NCBI GenBank assembly: GCA_951406725.2
Contig: OX597816.1
Location: forward strand, 12,462,001-12,526,000
Origin: Octopus vulgaris
Taxonomy: Eukaryota
DNA length: 64,000 nucleotides
Direction of reading: 5' to 3'
Shown: positions 1 to 13,634 of the stretch, piece after piece
Numbering within the stretch: position 1 is the first letter of the stretch
Layout of the letters: every line of letters begins with the position of its first letter
The notes under the pieces: model-generated
What the model saw: the letters and a program-made list of their open reading frames with translations, nothing else
Told to the model about the DNA's origin: nothing
The model's database searches: none
Made by a program: the position numbers and the translations under genes

Positions 1-84
1 TGGTGACGTGGATAGGGGGAAGTTGATGGTGGCGATGAGTAGGAAGTATATTATTCTTGTCGTAAATGACGACGGAGTTGCCGC

Positions 85-662
85 CGCTGCTGCTGATGAT
101 GATGGTGATAGTGATGATGATGGTAATGAAGAAGAAGCGGAAGAAGAAGAAGCGGAAGAAGAAGAAGAAGAAGAAGAAGAAGAAGAAGAAGAAGATGAGG
201 AGGAGAAGAAGGAGAAGGGGGAGGATGAGAAGAAGAAGGGGAGGAGGAGAAGAAGTAGAAGAAGGAGAAGAAGAAGAATTAGAAGAAGAAGGAGGTGGAG
301 AAGAAGAAGAAGAAGAAGATGGAGAAGACGAAGAAGAAGAAGAAGAAGAAGGCGGAGGAGGAGGAGGAGAAGGAGAAGAAGGAGATGAAGAAGAAGAAGA
401 AGAAGAAGGAGGAGGAGGAGGAGAAGGAGGAGAAGAAGAAGCAGAAGAAGGAGCAGAAGAAGAAGAAGAAGAAGATGAAGGAGGAAGAGGAGGAGAAGAA
501 GAAGAAGAAGAAGAAGAAGAAGAAGAAAAAGAAGAAGAAGGAGGAGGAGAAGAAGAAGAAGAATAAGAAGAGGAAGAAGAAGAAGAAGCAGAAGAAGAAG
601 AAGAAGAAGAAGAAGAAGAAGAAGAAGAAGAAGAAGAAGAAGAAGAAGAAGAAGGTGAAGAA
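85..662. repeat. (GAT)n/(GAA)n/(GGA)n purine-rich trinucleotide low-complexity tract
   Basis: Direct reading; explains the poly-E/K/R/F ORFs. Confidence 0.97.
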
Positions 663-1174
663 GGCAAAGGACGAAACAGTCTTGAATAACAAACAAGTAA
701 TTACATGGTCTAAATTGCAATTAGTTCAACCAGTTGCTTCGACGCACTGGAATTGGTCTTCTGCTTGGATGGTCATGGATTTCTCCGTAACCAGTGGCAC
801 ATATCATCCAATTTGATTGCGTATTCCAGCATTGCATGTAGTCATATATTATTTGCACCGAAATCTAAATGACTTTCTTGCTTTTAATATACACATTCCA
901 TTAATCTCCCTCCTTATTTATACGAAACTGAATCTCCAGACAAATAAATGAAGAGATGTTATCGAAGTTCTTTGTTCAAATCAACACCATTCAAAGATGA
1001 AGATTTCAATTTAAGCTTTTGTTACTTTTATTTTCAGGCGGTTGTGGAACTTCACAAAAACCACTTCCATTATTGAATTAATTTTTTTCACAAAAGCCAG
1101 AAATTCGGAATAAATCCTCGACTAACTATTCATCGCTCAGTTTCCCTGTTCTTTTCTCTATGTATACATACATA

Positions 1175-1337
1175 GGCGCCGGCGTGGCTGTGTGGTAAGA
1201 AGCACGCTTCCCAGTCACATGGTTCGGGGTTCAGTCCCAATGCGTGCCATCTTGGGCAAATATCTTCTTCTTTAGGCTCGGGCCGAATAAAGCCTTCTTA
1301 GTGGATTTGATAGACGGAAACCGAAAGAAGATCGTAG
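1175..1337 (+). mobile_element. tRNA-derived SINE family 1 (CORE-like), 5' part
   Basis: A-box TGGCTGTGTGG, B-box GGTTCAGTCCC, then CTTGGGCAA; matches the longer copies at 9158 and 47719. Confidence 0.85.
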
Positions 1338-1693
1338 TATATATACATACATGCATACATACATACATACATGCATACATATATAAATACATACATACAT
1401 ACATACATACATACATACATACATACATACATGCATGCATGCATGCATGCATGCATGCATGCATACATACATACATACATACATACATGCATGCATACAT
1501 ACATGCATGCATGCATACATACATACATACATACATACATACATGCATACATACATACATACATACATACATTACATACATACATACATACATACATACA
1601 TGCATACATACATACATACTTACATACATACATACATACATACATACGTACATACATACATACATACATACATACATACATACATACATACAT
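1338..1693. repeat. (TACA)n/(TGCA)n microsatellite
   Basis: Direct reading. Confidence 0.97.
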
Positions 1694-1729
1694 AATAAAC
1701 ACATATACGCGCCCACGCACATATATATA

Positions 1730-1890
1730 TAGCTGAAATTTATAGAAAAATAAAGACGTAGACAGTTGTATGAATAACAAGAAAGTGTAATAGTTTGACG
1801 CTTGGGAAAAAAATAAATGGAAATATCTTTTAGGTTTCGAGCCTACGCTCTTCAGCACAGAGGAATAAGAGAAAATAAACAGAGAGAATA
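1730..1890 (-). mobile_element. Penelope-like element 3' end, hammerhead-like family A
   Basis: Minus strand reads CTGAAGAGCGTAGGCTCGAAACCTAAAAGA; the end abuts (TA)n; homologous to 29626, 33282, 51675 and 59092. Confidence 0.7.
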
Positions 1891-2225
1891 AATATCTATT
1901 CATAAGTATAATAAATGAAATAGAAAACGTTCAAGTCAGGCAGACGACAATGAACACATGTGTACGGATTTATTTAAGATAAAATTATTCTAAAACAAAA
2001 CATATATTGTTATATTAAAAATACGTAAAATTATAAATATATATATGGACATATAGATATATGAATATATAGACATAGTAATGATATAATGAAATATAGG
2101 ATTATAGATAAAAACGTTTTTAAAAAAGAAAATATAATGATAGTCATGAAAAAAGTTTTGGGCTACATATTAAAAGAAAATATTCCTGCGGCTGTTTTAG
2201 GGGTCATTCCTCCGAAGAAAAAATC

Positions 2226-2480
2226 AGAACGGGTCGACACTGCACAGTGCCAAAGATCCCATCAATGCCAATGTCATCGCGCTTTGGGACCAGTTACTGC
2301 AACAGTCTGGGTTTTAGGGGCCCTCGGCTTTTTAATATTCTTCCAAAGAGCCTGAGGAATCTGCACAAAATAGATGTAGGAGTTTTTAAATCAAGGCTGG
2401 ATCTCTTCCTGTCGAGAGTCCCAGATGAACCTACCTCACGGCAAGAGGTGCAAATGAGGGTAGCTACATCAAACTCATAA
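2226..2480 (+). mobile_element. CR1/L2-group LINE, ORF2 C-terminal fragment
   Basis: NSLGFRGPRLFNILPKSLRN...FKSRLDLFLSRVPDEP is the typical C-terminus of CR1/L2-group ORF2. Confidence 0.8.
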
Positions 2481-3162
2481 ATGTTCATAACAGTCAATAA
2501 TATAAAAACTGTGGATCAACGTGTTTAAATGTACAAATTTCAATGGTGTTAGTAATGATCGACAAGAAATGAATATCAACAAAATTTCAGTCATACTGAG
2601 TTAAGAGGGAGAAAAACAAGGGGCAAATGAAGATAGTAAAGAAAGGGATTTGATTTTCATTTTCTGTGATTCCCTTTCCGTCGAGTGCAGGGAGTTTCGC
2701 TTGTAACGGTGTCTTTTGGAATCTGGTGTATTTATAATATTTTGCGCGAACGGAACTGAGTTTTGATTCGTTAAAGAAATAATGGCACGTCTTGGTTTTC
2801 TGGTGGTCAAGTTTGTCGTTCTGCCTGGTTACCTTCCCTGTGGGGAACGGTCATCAGGCGTTCCAATTGGTTGATTCTCTTAAAGGGTCATTTTGTTGTA
2901 CTTGCTGAAGTTCGGTTTTGATCGGCGGAAAAATTTCATTCATCTAGAGTTAGGTGACGTCTGCAGCGGGTGTTTGTAAAGATTCATTTGTCTAGAGTTA
3001 GGTGATGTCGGTAACTGGTGTTTGTATTGTGTTATTGTATGGTGATTTGGAGTTGCGGTTTTTAAACCCAGGTGGAAAACTGTAACCAAAGTTTTTAAAA
3101 TTGTTTGTCGTTCTTGGTTGCTTTTTTTTGTGTATAAAATTATTCTTCATTCCTTTTTCTCT

Positions 3163-3745
3163 TTATTGTTTTTCTTCTTTCGAAAGGATATTCAGCTGTG
3201 ATTTATATTTTTTAATCAGTATGCTTTCGTTATTTAAACAGAATTGCGTTGAAGTGTTTCCGGTGCATTGATAGAGAGGGAAGATTTGGTATTTCGGGTT
3301 TATATTTACGGGGCATTTGTCTAGGTGTTTGCTTACGAGAATTTTCCTGGTCGTGGTGCCTCGGATTTGTTGCTTGTACACCGTTAGTCTGTCCCTCAAA
3401 GTTAAACTAGTTCGACTTATGTAGTCTCCACCTCACCTTCCACATTTGAGAACATAGATTAAGTTCTTCGAAGCACAGGTCAAGTGATTTCTTATGGTAA
3501 AAGTCTGACCTGACTTAAATCTGTATGTCGAGCCTTCTAAGAGGAAGATGCAAGTTCCGCAATTAGGGCGGTTGCACTTTGTAACTAGTGGGGTTGTATT
3601 TTTGGTGGGTAATTTGGCGCTGGTGAGTACCTTTTTTAGGGATTGCGGATGTCTCTTGCTTTTGATAATCTTTTGTGTTTCCAGTGCTTATTTCATTCGC
3701 ATATATATGTTCTCTTCTGTTTTTAATTATTTGAATTCTTCCTCT
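3163..3745 (-). pseudogene. Penelope-like (Neptune-type) Zn-linker plus GIY-YIG endonuclease remnant
   Basis: Manual translation: KCNRPNCGTC...FTIRNHLTCASKNLIYVLKCGR*GGDYISRTSLTLRDRLTVYKQQIR...SKHLDKC...ESILIKKYKSQLN; in-frame stop at 3433-3435. Confidence 0.88.
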
Positions 3746-3885
3746 GAGGAAGGAGCCGGTTTCTAACAAGGATACAAAACTCCATCTTCGGAATGTAGAT
3801 AACAAAAAACAATTTCATATTTTAAACTTGAGAAAAGTTTTGCATATCATTACTGCTTCATTTATAGGTTAGTCTTTAATCTCTC

Positions 3886-4251
<366 letters not shown>

Positions 4252-4486
4252 AGTTGTATTTGTAAATTGCGTTTAAGTTGTTTGATTTCTTTTTCTGATA
4301 ATCCAAGATTATCCCGGCTGACGGTTTGGTATTCACTCACAAAACCAAGTACTCCAGTTGTTATTTGTATAAATGTAAATTTGAAGTCTTGAAACAGAAG
4401 CTGGAGGTTTCGAAGCATTTGTCTGCAGTCACATTCTGTCTCTTTGATTTTCAAAGAGATATACACAACAGCAGGACAGCTGACCC
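4252..4486 (-). pseudogene. Restriction-like endonuclease C-terminus of an R4/Dong- or NeSL-type non-LTR element
   Basis: VSCPAVVYISLKIKE...LRNLQLLFQDFKFTFIQITTGVLG resembles the VSCPxDxN..K.xEK..Y...PIxxGxLG RLE signature. Confidence 0.7.
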
Positions 4487-5057
4487 CTATGACGGTACAT
4501 ACTTATGTATATATGTATGCATGCATGTACGTGTGAGTGTGTGTGTGTGTGTAGGTGTATCCTCTGAAATTTTTTTGCCAGAGGCATGGCACTTAGATTT
4601 AGACCCGTTTTATCTCATTGAAAAAATAAAACGAATTGAATATTATAATGCACACCCACACATTTTTAAACAGTCGCATGCAATATATTCTTAACAGAGA
4701 ATATACTGCAGTGAAATTATCGATATAATTTTCTTGAAAACTAACAAAGAAAATATAATAAATATAATATTTTAAACAAAATATATTCTTTTATATGCAT
4801 AAAATTAGCTATCAATAATAACATGATTTAAGTGCAACAGGAACAAAGCACAATACGCATTATAAACGTAAGTATGAGTGAAAAAACAAAACAAAAACAA
4901 GGAATGGATAATATATTTGTTAGATGATAAATTTTAATCAAACAAAGTTCTTTCATTATTTAAAATATTGCTGTTAGCTGTTGACAATTTGAATGAATTG
5001 AGAGAACTTCAAAACTTTTTGTGGTAGAGTAGCGTGCCGAAAGTTTACAATAATTCA

Positions 5058-5177
<120 letters not shown>

Positions 5178-6003
5178 ATTTACTCTTTTACTCTTTATAC
5201 ATATATATATACATATATAGATATAGATATGCATTTATATATGAATATATATATATATATATATATAAATACGCATGCATGTGGTGTGTGTGTTCATTTA
5301 CATATATACATGCATATATATATGTTTATAGATAGATAGATATAGATACTTACATACATATATATATATCGATATATTTCATTACAAACATGAATATATG
5401 ACTACCTATGAATGGCTGTCATCGCTATGTGATAGTGCGTATATGCTTGTGTGTGTGTGTGTGTATAGTTTTATGAATATATATATTTGTATGTATAATT
5501 ATATAAACATGTACATCCATATTACTTATATAGGTATATAAAATCTTAAGCATGTTTATATAATGCTTCCTTAAACTATAGAGAGCACACACAGACACGT
5601 ATGTGCCTATATACAAACATATATGTATATATACATATGTACATATACATAAACATACATATATATATGTGTGTGTATGTATATATGTATGCATCTATCT
5701 ACCTATCGATATATATGTATATATATGTATATATATATATATGTGTGTGTATGTACGTACATATATAGACATATAGCGCGCCTATGCATACAAAGATATA
5801 TATTTATATAAATAACGTACACACATAGATAGTCAGCAGCCAGGATGGTGATCAACACAACAACTAAAGATACGAAATGTAGACAATATTTCTTTAATTC
5901 TCTTTGTTACAAATGTTTTTTATACCACAACTTCAATCCAATTATTACTTGCTAACAAGTTTGTCTCAAAATACACACTTACGCACACATATGTATATGT
6001 ATA

Positions 6004-6034
<31 letters not shown>

Positions 6035-6059
6035 GTGCGTATATTTGCATAAATGTATG

Positions 6060-6116
<57 letters not shown>

Positions 6117-6299
6117 CACACATATATATATATACACATTTATATACGTATGCACAGATATATATGTATGAATATAAAAAAGGAGGTAAAGTGATGCCAT
6201 ACTTCATTTCATTATTGTACTTCAATCTTGTTTTTATTCGATATATTCTTGAAAATAAAACAAGTCTTTAATCTATGTCTGTGTGTCTGTCTGGCTGTC

Positions 6300-6381
<82 letters not shown>

Positions 6382-6879
6382 CCTATCGATCTATGAATGT
6401 TCTCTATATCTCATTGCCATATATATATATATTTATTTATTTATTTATATGTTAACACACACACACATACACACACATATATATATATATATATATACAT
6501 ATATGTATGTGTATATATTAACTCACACATACACAAATACAAACACATATATACATACACATACACACATATACACACGCATATTAACATAAAATATATA
6601 GGGAGAAGCATTTTCTGATAGTACATCAAATAAACTGTACGATACGGCTGAAACAATGAAACGAAATACAAATCAAACTACAAAAATTGAAAATGACAAC
6701 AGCTGGAAATTTACCAAACGTTTACGATATTCAGGGGTTATGACCTTTACTCCAAGACATATGTATAATTGAGGGATGGAATAAGATTTTGCCAAGTACA
6801 TGGGGAAGGATGGTAACACGCGTAGCCTGTTGTCATGTACAGCAGACTAGTGCTGTTTGCTTTCGTGTAGCTCTTTGCT

Positions 6880-7140
6880 ATATTCTTGAGTAGTTTCCTG
6901 TAGGAGGGCCTCTACGATTTATTACGTTGAGTGGTTCTAATGGATAATGTGAACTCCTGGGTGTGGCACAGTTTTAGGTGTTTGCGGATTGAGGACTTTG
7001 TGTGCAAGATTTCCTTGATGCGAATGTGCAGTTTTCTGGTGCTGTTCCCTATGCAGGTGCATCACATTCACCGCAGACTATCTCGTATATAACGTAGACC
7101 CTCAAGCATATTTTGATGTTGTTGATGAGGGATCTAGGTA
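6880..7140 (-). pseudogene. Penelope-like GIY-YIG endonuclease remnant (frameshifted)
   Basis: Manual translation: ICLRVYVIYEIVCGECDA / TCIGNSTRKLHIRIKEILHTKSSIRKHLKLC. Confidence 0.75.
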
Positions 7141-7322
7141 GCGTGCATTCAGGGCTGGATTAAAACTCATAGATTCTCCAGTCATTTAAAAGAATGTTTA
7201 GCTTTGCAGACGTCCACTTTATTCATATTTAAAAGCATTTTGCATAGTTTTTATTAATTGCAAAGTCTTTGATCAGGTGTCAATATGACACTATGAAGAC
7301 TTCAAAATTATATTTCCGATGT

Positions 7323-7635
7323 GGAGGTGCAATGTCCCAGTGGTTAGGGTAGCGGATTCGTGGTCGTAGGATCGCGGTTTAGATTCCCAGACCGGGCGTC
7401 CTGTGTGTTTATTGAGCGAAAACATCTAAAGCTCCACGATGCTCCGGAAGGAGGTAGTGGCGAACCCTGCTGTACTCTTTCACTACAACTTTCTCTCACT
7501 CTCTCTTCCTTTTTCTGTTGTAGCTGTATTTTAAAGGGCCAGCCTTGTCACACTCTGTGTCACGCTGAATCTCCCTGAGAACTACGTTTAGGGTACACGT
7601 GCCTGTGGAGTGCTCAGCCTCTTGCACGTTAATTT
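7323..7635 (+). mobile_element. tRNA-derived SINE family 3
   Basis: GGAGGTGCAATG..CAGTGGTTAGGG head; homologous to 37893, 40338, 42562 and 57903. Confidence 0.85.
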
Positions 7636-7672
7636 GATACAAAACATGGCACAGCATTTATTTGACATAACA

Positions 7673-7790
7673 ATTCTTACGGCCGTTTCCGCTTCCGATG
7701 CTAGTCAACACCTATGACAGAATTGCGAAAATAACATTCTTCATCTTCATAGAAAATTTGGAATAGAACATGGAACTTCATCAGAGTGAA
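7673..7790 (-). ncRNA. Hammerhead-like motif with a long stem II insertion
   Basis: CTGATGA-agttcc...~80 nt...ggaagcg-GAAA-CGGCCG-TA; palindromic ACGGCCGT stem III; stem I weak. Confidence 0.5.
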
Positions 7791-8319
7791 TAAAAAAGCG
7801 TCCAAAATAAACAAATGGAAGTGGGGAAAGGAACGAAAATATGGCCTAGAGAAGAAGTCTGGAGGCCTAATATATTAAAATCATTCAATCTTCCATCATA
7901 GGGCTTAGAGGTTCGTAGGTAAAAGAGTGATCTAGCAATGGTCTATACGGATATTTTAGTCCTTAGTCGGTTATTATAACCGCTAATTCTGCTTATATAT
8001 ACACACACATATATATATATATACATATATATATCATATTATGACTGAAATAAGTGAACTATAAAAGAAAAAATACATATATGTGTGTATTGATGTGTGT
8101 TATTTGTTTGAAATTATCTGGTGTTACAAAATCTTGAGTATTTATTATAAGCTAATTTTAAATTTAGAATTTTCCTGGTGACTGTTATATTGTTGTAGAT
8201 GTGGGCAGTGAAAAGAGGGAAGCAGGGATTTCTTTTCCTAACAATAGTTTCTATTATCTTGAATAGTGAGTGTTCGTGTCTGTGTTTGCGAGGATCGTAC
8301 ATCTACCAGCGTAGGGAAA

Positions 8320-9000
8320 ACGTAACTATAATATTCATTAAAGTCAGTCTGAAATTAGCCGCTGAAGCAATCATTACAACGCAAACTTCCTAGGTGTCAC
8401 GCATAAGCTAGAATGGAAAATATGCGTGCCCATTAAGATAGATAATAACATTACCTCTCCATCTGTGCTCGATCTTATGACCCAATGGACATCATGAAAA
8501 ATATATCCGTACACAACAAAAATGTGATAAATGCATTATCCTCCGATGAAACCACATTGAAGGAGGCGGCCGAATTCTAAATTAATGCATTTTCTGATAT
8601 CAACAAGGAGTCAAATATTACTTACTGGCTGCCAGCAACAGCCTAAAATACTAGGAAGAGAAATATTCTATGGCATACGCCAGCCTCCAATATTGTAAAT
8701 ATATTTTTTAATGCGAAAATATCTTTCCAGTAGTCGCTGGTTTCATTTGGCGTTCGAATGAAAGCAACACAAATCTGAGATATAGCAGAAAGAAATGCTT
8801 TCCAAATTGCATGAAAAACTACAACGTAAAATATTAAACGGAACATATATAGCAAATGACATGTGATTCTATAGTGGTATCTTCATTAGCATTGAATCAG
8901 CAAGCAATAATGGGACTGACAAAGCAATCTTTCAAAGCTCGCATGTACTACCATAGTAACTCCCTCTGGCGATCAACGTGTACATTGGAAGAAAATACAG
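8320..9000 (+). pseudogene. Decayed Penelope-like (Naiad-type) RT/thumb/GIY-YIG region
   Basis: Colinear motifs across frames: ANFLGVT (8381), INALSSDE (~8527), RKRNILWHTP (8653), MGLTKQSFKARMYYH (8910); compare NFLDVT, RKRNIIWFNP and YIGxTxxxFKxRxxNH. Confidence 0.7.
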
Positions 9001-9127
9001 AAATCAAATACAAAAGACACTAATGAGGGACAACTGGTTTTACCTGGACAACAATAGATGACACCATTATCTATATTATAAAAATTCTAGCTCTGTATTA
9101 CAGGTAAAACGTTTTTACTCAAATTGC

Positions 9128-9157
<30 letters not shown>

Positions 9158-9158
<1 letters not shown>

Positions 9159-9567
9159 GGCGTAGGAGTGGCTGTGTGGTAAGTAGCTTGCTTACGAACC
9201 ACATGGTTTCTGGTTCAGTCCCACACCGTGGTTCCTTGGGCAAGTATCTTCTACTATAGCCTCGGGCCGACCAAAGCATTGTGAGTAGATTTGGTAGACG
9301 GAAACTGAAAGAAGCCCGTCGTATATATGTGTATATATATATGTGTGTGTGTGTGTATGTTTGTGTCTTTGTTTGAGTCCAACATCGCTTGACAACCAAT
9401 GGTGGCGTGTTTACGTCCCCGTAACTTAGCGGTTCGGCAAAAGAGTCAGATAGAACAAGTACTAGGCTTACAAAGAATAAGTCCTGAGGTCGATTTGCTC
9501 GACTAAAGGCAGTGCTCCAACATGGCCACAATCAAATGACTGAAACAAGTAAAAGAGTAAAGAGTAA
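9158..9567 (+). mobile_element. SINE family 1, full length (CORE-like, internal microsatellite)
   Basis: A/B boxes, CCTTGGGCAAG core-like segment, internal (TA)/(TG) tract, tail GAAACAAGTAAAAGAGTAAA. Confidence 0.92.
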
Positions 9568-9934
9568 GTGAATATATTTTAAACATGAAATACGATTTGT
9601 CATCTACAATCATATGTCTGTAAAGTAGCTTGATTATTTTTTGATGCAATTTCGCCAAGTTCTACGAAGGCTATCATTTGCTGAAAAGCCCTACACCCAC
9701 TGTTCCCTAGCCTATGTCTGCCATGATCCCAAGGATTTGTGAGATCAGAGTTTAACGTGGATTCTCAATACTTACCTCTGAACGGAGCTCATTTAGAGCT
9801 GTATGGACTGGTGCGACGCGAATGGAAGTGTTTTGCGCAACGACATAACGTACCACCCGGTCCGAGAATCGAAACTACTGTCTTACGGTTGTGAATACAA
9901 TACTCTAAAACGAGCATTTCACCTAAGTTTATAT

Positions 9935-10151
9935 CGGTTTCAAAATTTGGCACGAGGCCAGCAATTTTGGGAGAGGGTGTAAGTCAATTACACCAAACCC
10001 AGTAGTACTCAACCGGTTCTTATTTTTTTTATCTTGAAAGGATGTCAAGCAGAGTCGACCTCAGCAGCATTTGAACACAGAACGTAACGTGGAAAGAAAT
10101 GCTGTGAAGCATTTTGTTCGACGCAGTAACGATTCTGTAGGCTCGCCGCCT
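9935..10151 (-). mobile_element. Diverged SINE family 2 relative
   Basis: GTCGACCTCAGCAGCATTTGAAC...GCTCGCCGCC; further degraded relatives at ~18580-18760, 20385-20560 and 20815-21030. Confidence 0.65.
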
Positions 10152-11221
10152 TCACCTAAATTTATTCTGCACCACCCAAAACTTTTCTAATCACCAAACA
10201 GCACAATCCAACCAGTCGCTTATCAATGTACTACCTCCTTCATCTCCCTTTTTTTTTCTCCTTACTACAAGTGTGTATGGAGCCTCAGGCATTATCAAAC
10301 ATCTCTCGTTCACCTTGAATATTTTCCATGGATAAATTACTTTAAAAGATTGAATCGATTAGCATTCTTTCCTTCAACACATAAAATAATATTAAAACAA
10401 TTTTTTTATATCGTTTACAATATGCCTGAATCGATATTGAAACCTTTCTCACCCACATCTCAAGGTTAAATATTTCGTTTTAGGAAGGCTATAACAATCT
10501 GTGAAACCTTTTCTCTCCAAATATTTATGCACATAACCTAATTTTAATAAATAAATAAATGAATAAATAAATAAATCTCATGTACTTTAGAGACATAAAG
10601 ACAACGAATGCATGAAAGTCAGATCGAAAAGAAAGCAAATACAACTGAAGACGTAGAGAATGACTTCAGTTTTCTAAGGAAAAAACAGAGAAGTGTTATT
10701 TCCATATTGAAATAATAATCATTTGTGGCATATATATTAAGATAACCGCATATTTGTGTCATATAGTTTGAATGACAACCGGTTTATAGCTTTATCTGCA
10801 GCTAAGCATTGCTGACTGTTGGAACAACTAACTACTAAATATTGCTGACTGTCAAGGCTGAGAGGATGAGAAGAAGATTTTGCTGTTGTTGTTGTTGTTG
10901 TTTTTTTGTCTTTTTTTTTTCAATCACAAACTTGTGATGATTATGCTTCAGGCAAGATGTGTTCGATGCTCTTTTCGTTTTATTTTATTTTATTTTGTTT
11001 TATTTTATTTTATTTTATTTTATTTTATTCATTTTTTTTTGTTGCTTGAAATGTGAGAAATAAACGTGTCATGTTTAATCATGTTATACACGTATACATA
11101 CACATACACACACATATACAAACACACATACGAGCGTACTAAGACGTACGCTCAAACATGAACGCACAGATGTGTGCGCGCACATACACGCACAACGCAG
11201 GTACGTATTAATATATATTTA

Positions 11222-11270
<49 letters not shown>

Positions 11271-11288
11271 CATATATATATACATACA

Positions 11289-11398
<110 letters not shown>

Positions 11399-12032
11399 AG
11401 TAGAGAGAGAGAAAGAGAGGGAGAAAGAGAAGGAATGATAAATATACACCATATGTGATATGAGAATTACGTGTCAGCGCAAGTATCAGCATTGTTGCTC
11501 ATAAGCTAATCCGGAATGAATACACACACATACACACACACACGCACACCACAAACATGCATACATGCATAGGTATGTATCCATATACATATATACACGC
11601 GCTTGTATTTAAGTGTGTATTCATTCACACACATATTTAGGTATGTATGCGTATGTGTTTTGTTATAAACGCACTTCAGATTTGCAGAAATTCCAACATC
11701 GTCAGCGAATATTTATTATGTTATAAGTGTTTGACACATGGCATATTATAGAAGCGGTGTCAGGCAAGTGCAGAAGTTAGTTACAGAATTCTTTTTCATG
11801 TTAGCTGACTTTGGATTACTACTAACAGAGGAAAGCAGTATTCTATATTCGTTGAACGGATGTTAAGAAACTCGGTGTAATGCAGCATGAAATGGCACAA
11901 ATAATACAAATGACACTTATAAATATCTGTGGACGCATTTTGTAGATAAAACAATAGCCTATACATAAAGTACTTAAAGGTAATATTTGTTTTAGGGAGC
12001 TAGATCGTTAATCAAATTTGTTCAACTATACA

Positions 12033-12115
<83 letters not shown>

Positions 12116-12120
<5 letters not shown>

Positions 12121-12300
12121 ATCCAAACAAGAAAACACAAAAAAACACAACAACGCGAGGACGTGGAACAAATATAGTATTATTGGACGCTCAGGAAAGA
12201 AGGGAAGAAGGAGGGTTTAACGTTTCGAGCGGAGCTCTTCGTCGGAAACATAGGAGAAGGAGAAGGAAGACAGAGGAAAAAAATCGCCAACGGTACACAC
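12116..12300 (-). mobile_element. Penelope-like 3' end, hammerhead-like family B
   Basis: Minus strand 12249-12215: GTTT-CCGACGA-A-GAGC-TCC-GCTC-GAAA-CG-TT-AAAC; the end abuts (TA)n. Confidence 0.75.
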
Positions 12301-12350
12301 ATTTGAAAGGTGACATTATATATATATATATAAACTTTCCTCTCACACAC

Positions 12351-12401
12351 GTCTCCGATGAAAGATATTATTAATAAATATCCTAGAAACAGCTGTAAGA
12401 C
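12351..12401 (+). ncRNA. Minimal type I hammerhead-like motif, family C
   Basis: GTCT-CCGATGA-aagatatt..aatatcct-a-GAAA-CAGCTG-TA-AGAC; palindromic ACAGCTGT stem III; element flanked by (TA)n. Confidence 0.72.
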
Positions 12402-12497
12402 CTTCTATCTATAACTGCTCTAATATCTATACAGCCTTGGTTATTTTTATCTTATTACGCAAACAATTCTTATATATATATATATATATATATATGT

Positions 12498-12529
<32 letters not shown>

Positions 12530-12546
12530 CTATCTATCTATCTATA

Positions 12547-12612
<66 letters not shown>

Positions 12613-13095
12613 CCTACCTATATATATATATATATATATCTATCTATATACATATATATATATATATATATAGTTCAAACATGAAACACGAGTTGTTATC
12701 TACAATCATGTGTCTGTAAATTGATTTAAACAAAAGAATTTTGATTTTTTCTTTGATACAGTTTCGACAAGTGCTACGAAGGCTATCATTTGCTGAAAAG
12801 CTCAGAATAAAATTGGCATATGTCCAGGTGCTTCCTCAAATATAATGTTAACATGAATTTATTATTAGTCATTGGCGAATGATGTTTTTTCAAAATCCTG
12901 TTACTATTTATATACTTCTTATTAGCGTCTACATTGTCTGTATATTAAATATGTTTGCTCTGGATTAATTATGTTGCCTAACCATATAATAGTTTCTTCT
13001 CCCTTTAAATAATATCCCCAGTAATTTTTAGTATTTTGTATTTACATTATTTACATTCTTCTCCTCCTCCTCCTTCTTCTTCTTATTATTATTAT

Positions 13096-13177
13096 TCAGG
13101 TCACTGCTTGGAATCGAACTCGGAATCTTGGAGTTAGTAGCACGTGCTCTTAACCACTAAGCCATATGCCCGTGGGC
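13096..13177 (-). mobile_element. tRNA-like Pol III head followed by (AAT)n
   Basis: A-box TGGCTTAGTGG, B-box GAGTTCGATTCC; no proper acceptor stem; second fragment at ~18265-18305. Confidence 0.75.
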
Positions 13178-13186
13178 CTAATAATA

Positions 13187-13247
<61 letters not shown>

Positions 13248-13248
<1 letters not shown>

Positions 13249-13350
13249 CAGAAACAATTCCTATCATAGTAGGTGCATTAGGCATGATAAAAAAATATTC
13301 AGACTTGGACCAAAAACTTGTACAAATATAAAGCAAAAGTCAAACATAGA
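13248..13350 (+). mobile_element. R4/Dong-type non-LTR 3' fragment embedded in (TAA)n
   Basis: Translates TETIPIIVGALGMIKKYSD; flanked by TAA repeats on both sides. Confidence 0.7.
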
Positions 13351-13420
<70 letters not shown>

Positions 13421-13510
13421 CTAATAATAATAATAATAATAATAATAACAGTAACAGCAACATCAAAAAATACCTTAGGAATGAGAACGCAGGTTCGAAA
13501 TTTTCCCAAG

Positions 13511-13554
13511 ACACCTGATAAAGGCTGGAGGGTATATCAGCCGAAACTTTGTGT
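13511..13554 (+). ncRNA. Hammerhead-like motif, family D (mutated core)
   Basis: ACAC-CTGATAA-a-GGCTG-loop-CAGCC-GAAA-CT-TT-GTGT. Confidence 0.65.
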
Positions 13555-13634
13555 TAAGAACAAACAAGATGAGGACAAATATCCGTCAAATGTAAATAAT
13601 GTAAATAATTTTTGTTTCTGTTTACGATATTATA

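Noticed and set aside
8-816. Poly-E/K/R/F ORFs, and all YIYI, MYVC, HTYI, IYLS, poly-H and poly-P ORFs across the window
   Set aside because: Translations of microsatellites; no domain content or exon evidence.
2821-2862. CTGATGA on the minus strand within a hairpin
   Set aside because: No correctly placed GAAA/UH; a simple stem-loop only.
3433-3435. In-frame TGA at a conserved Cys of the GIY-YIG CxxC, as possible selenocysteine (reported for some Naiad elements)
   Set aside because: The copy is decayed (YIG is YIS), one substitution explains the stop, and I saw no SECIS. The TGA at ~50990 is not at a Cys position.
13096-13177. Functional tRNA gene
   Set aside because: Acceptor and anticodon stems do not pair; it behaves as a repeat head. 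The same applies to all SINE heads.
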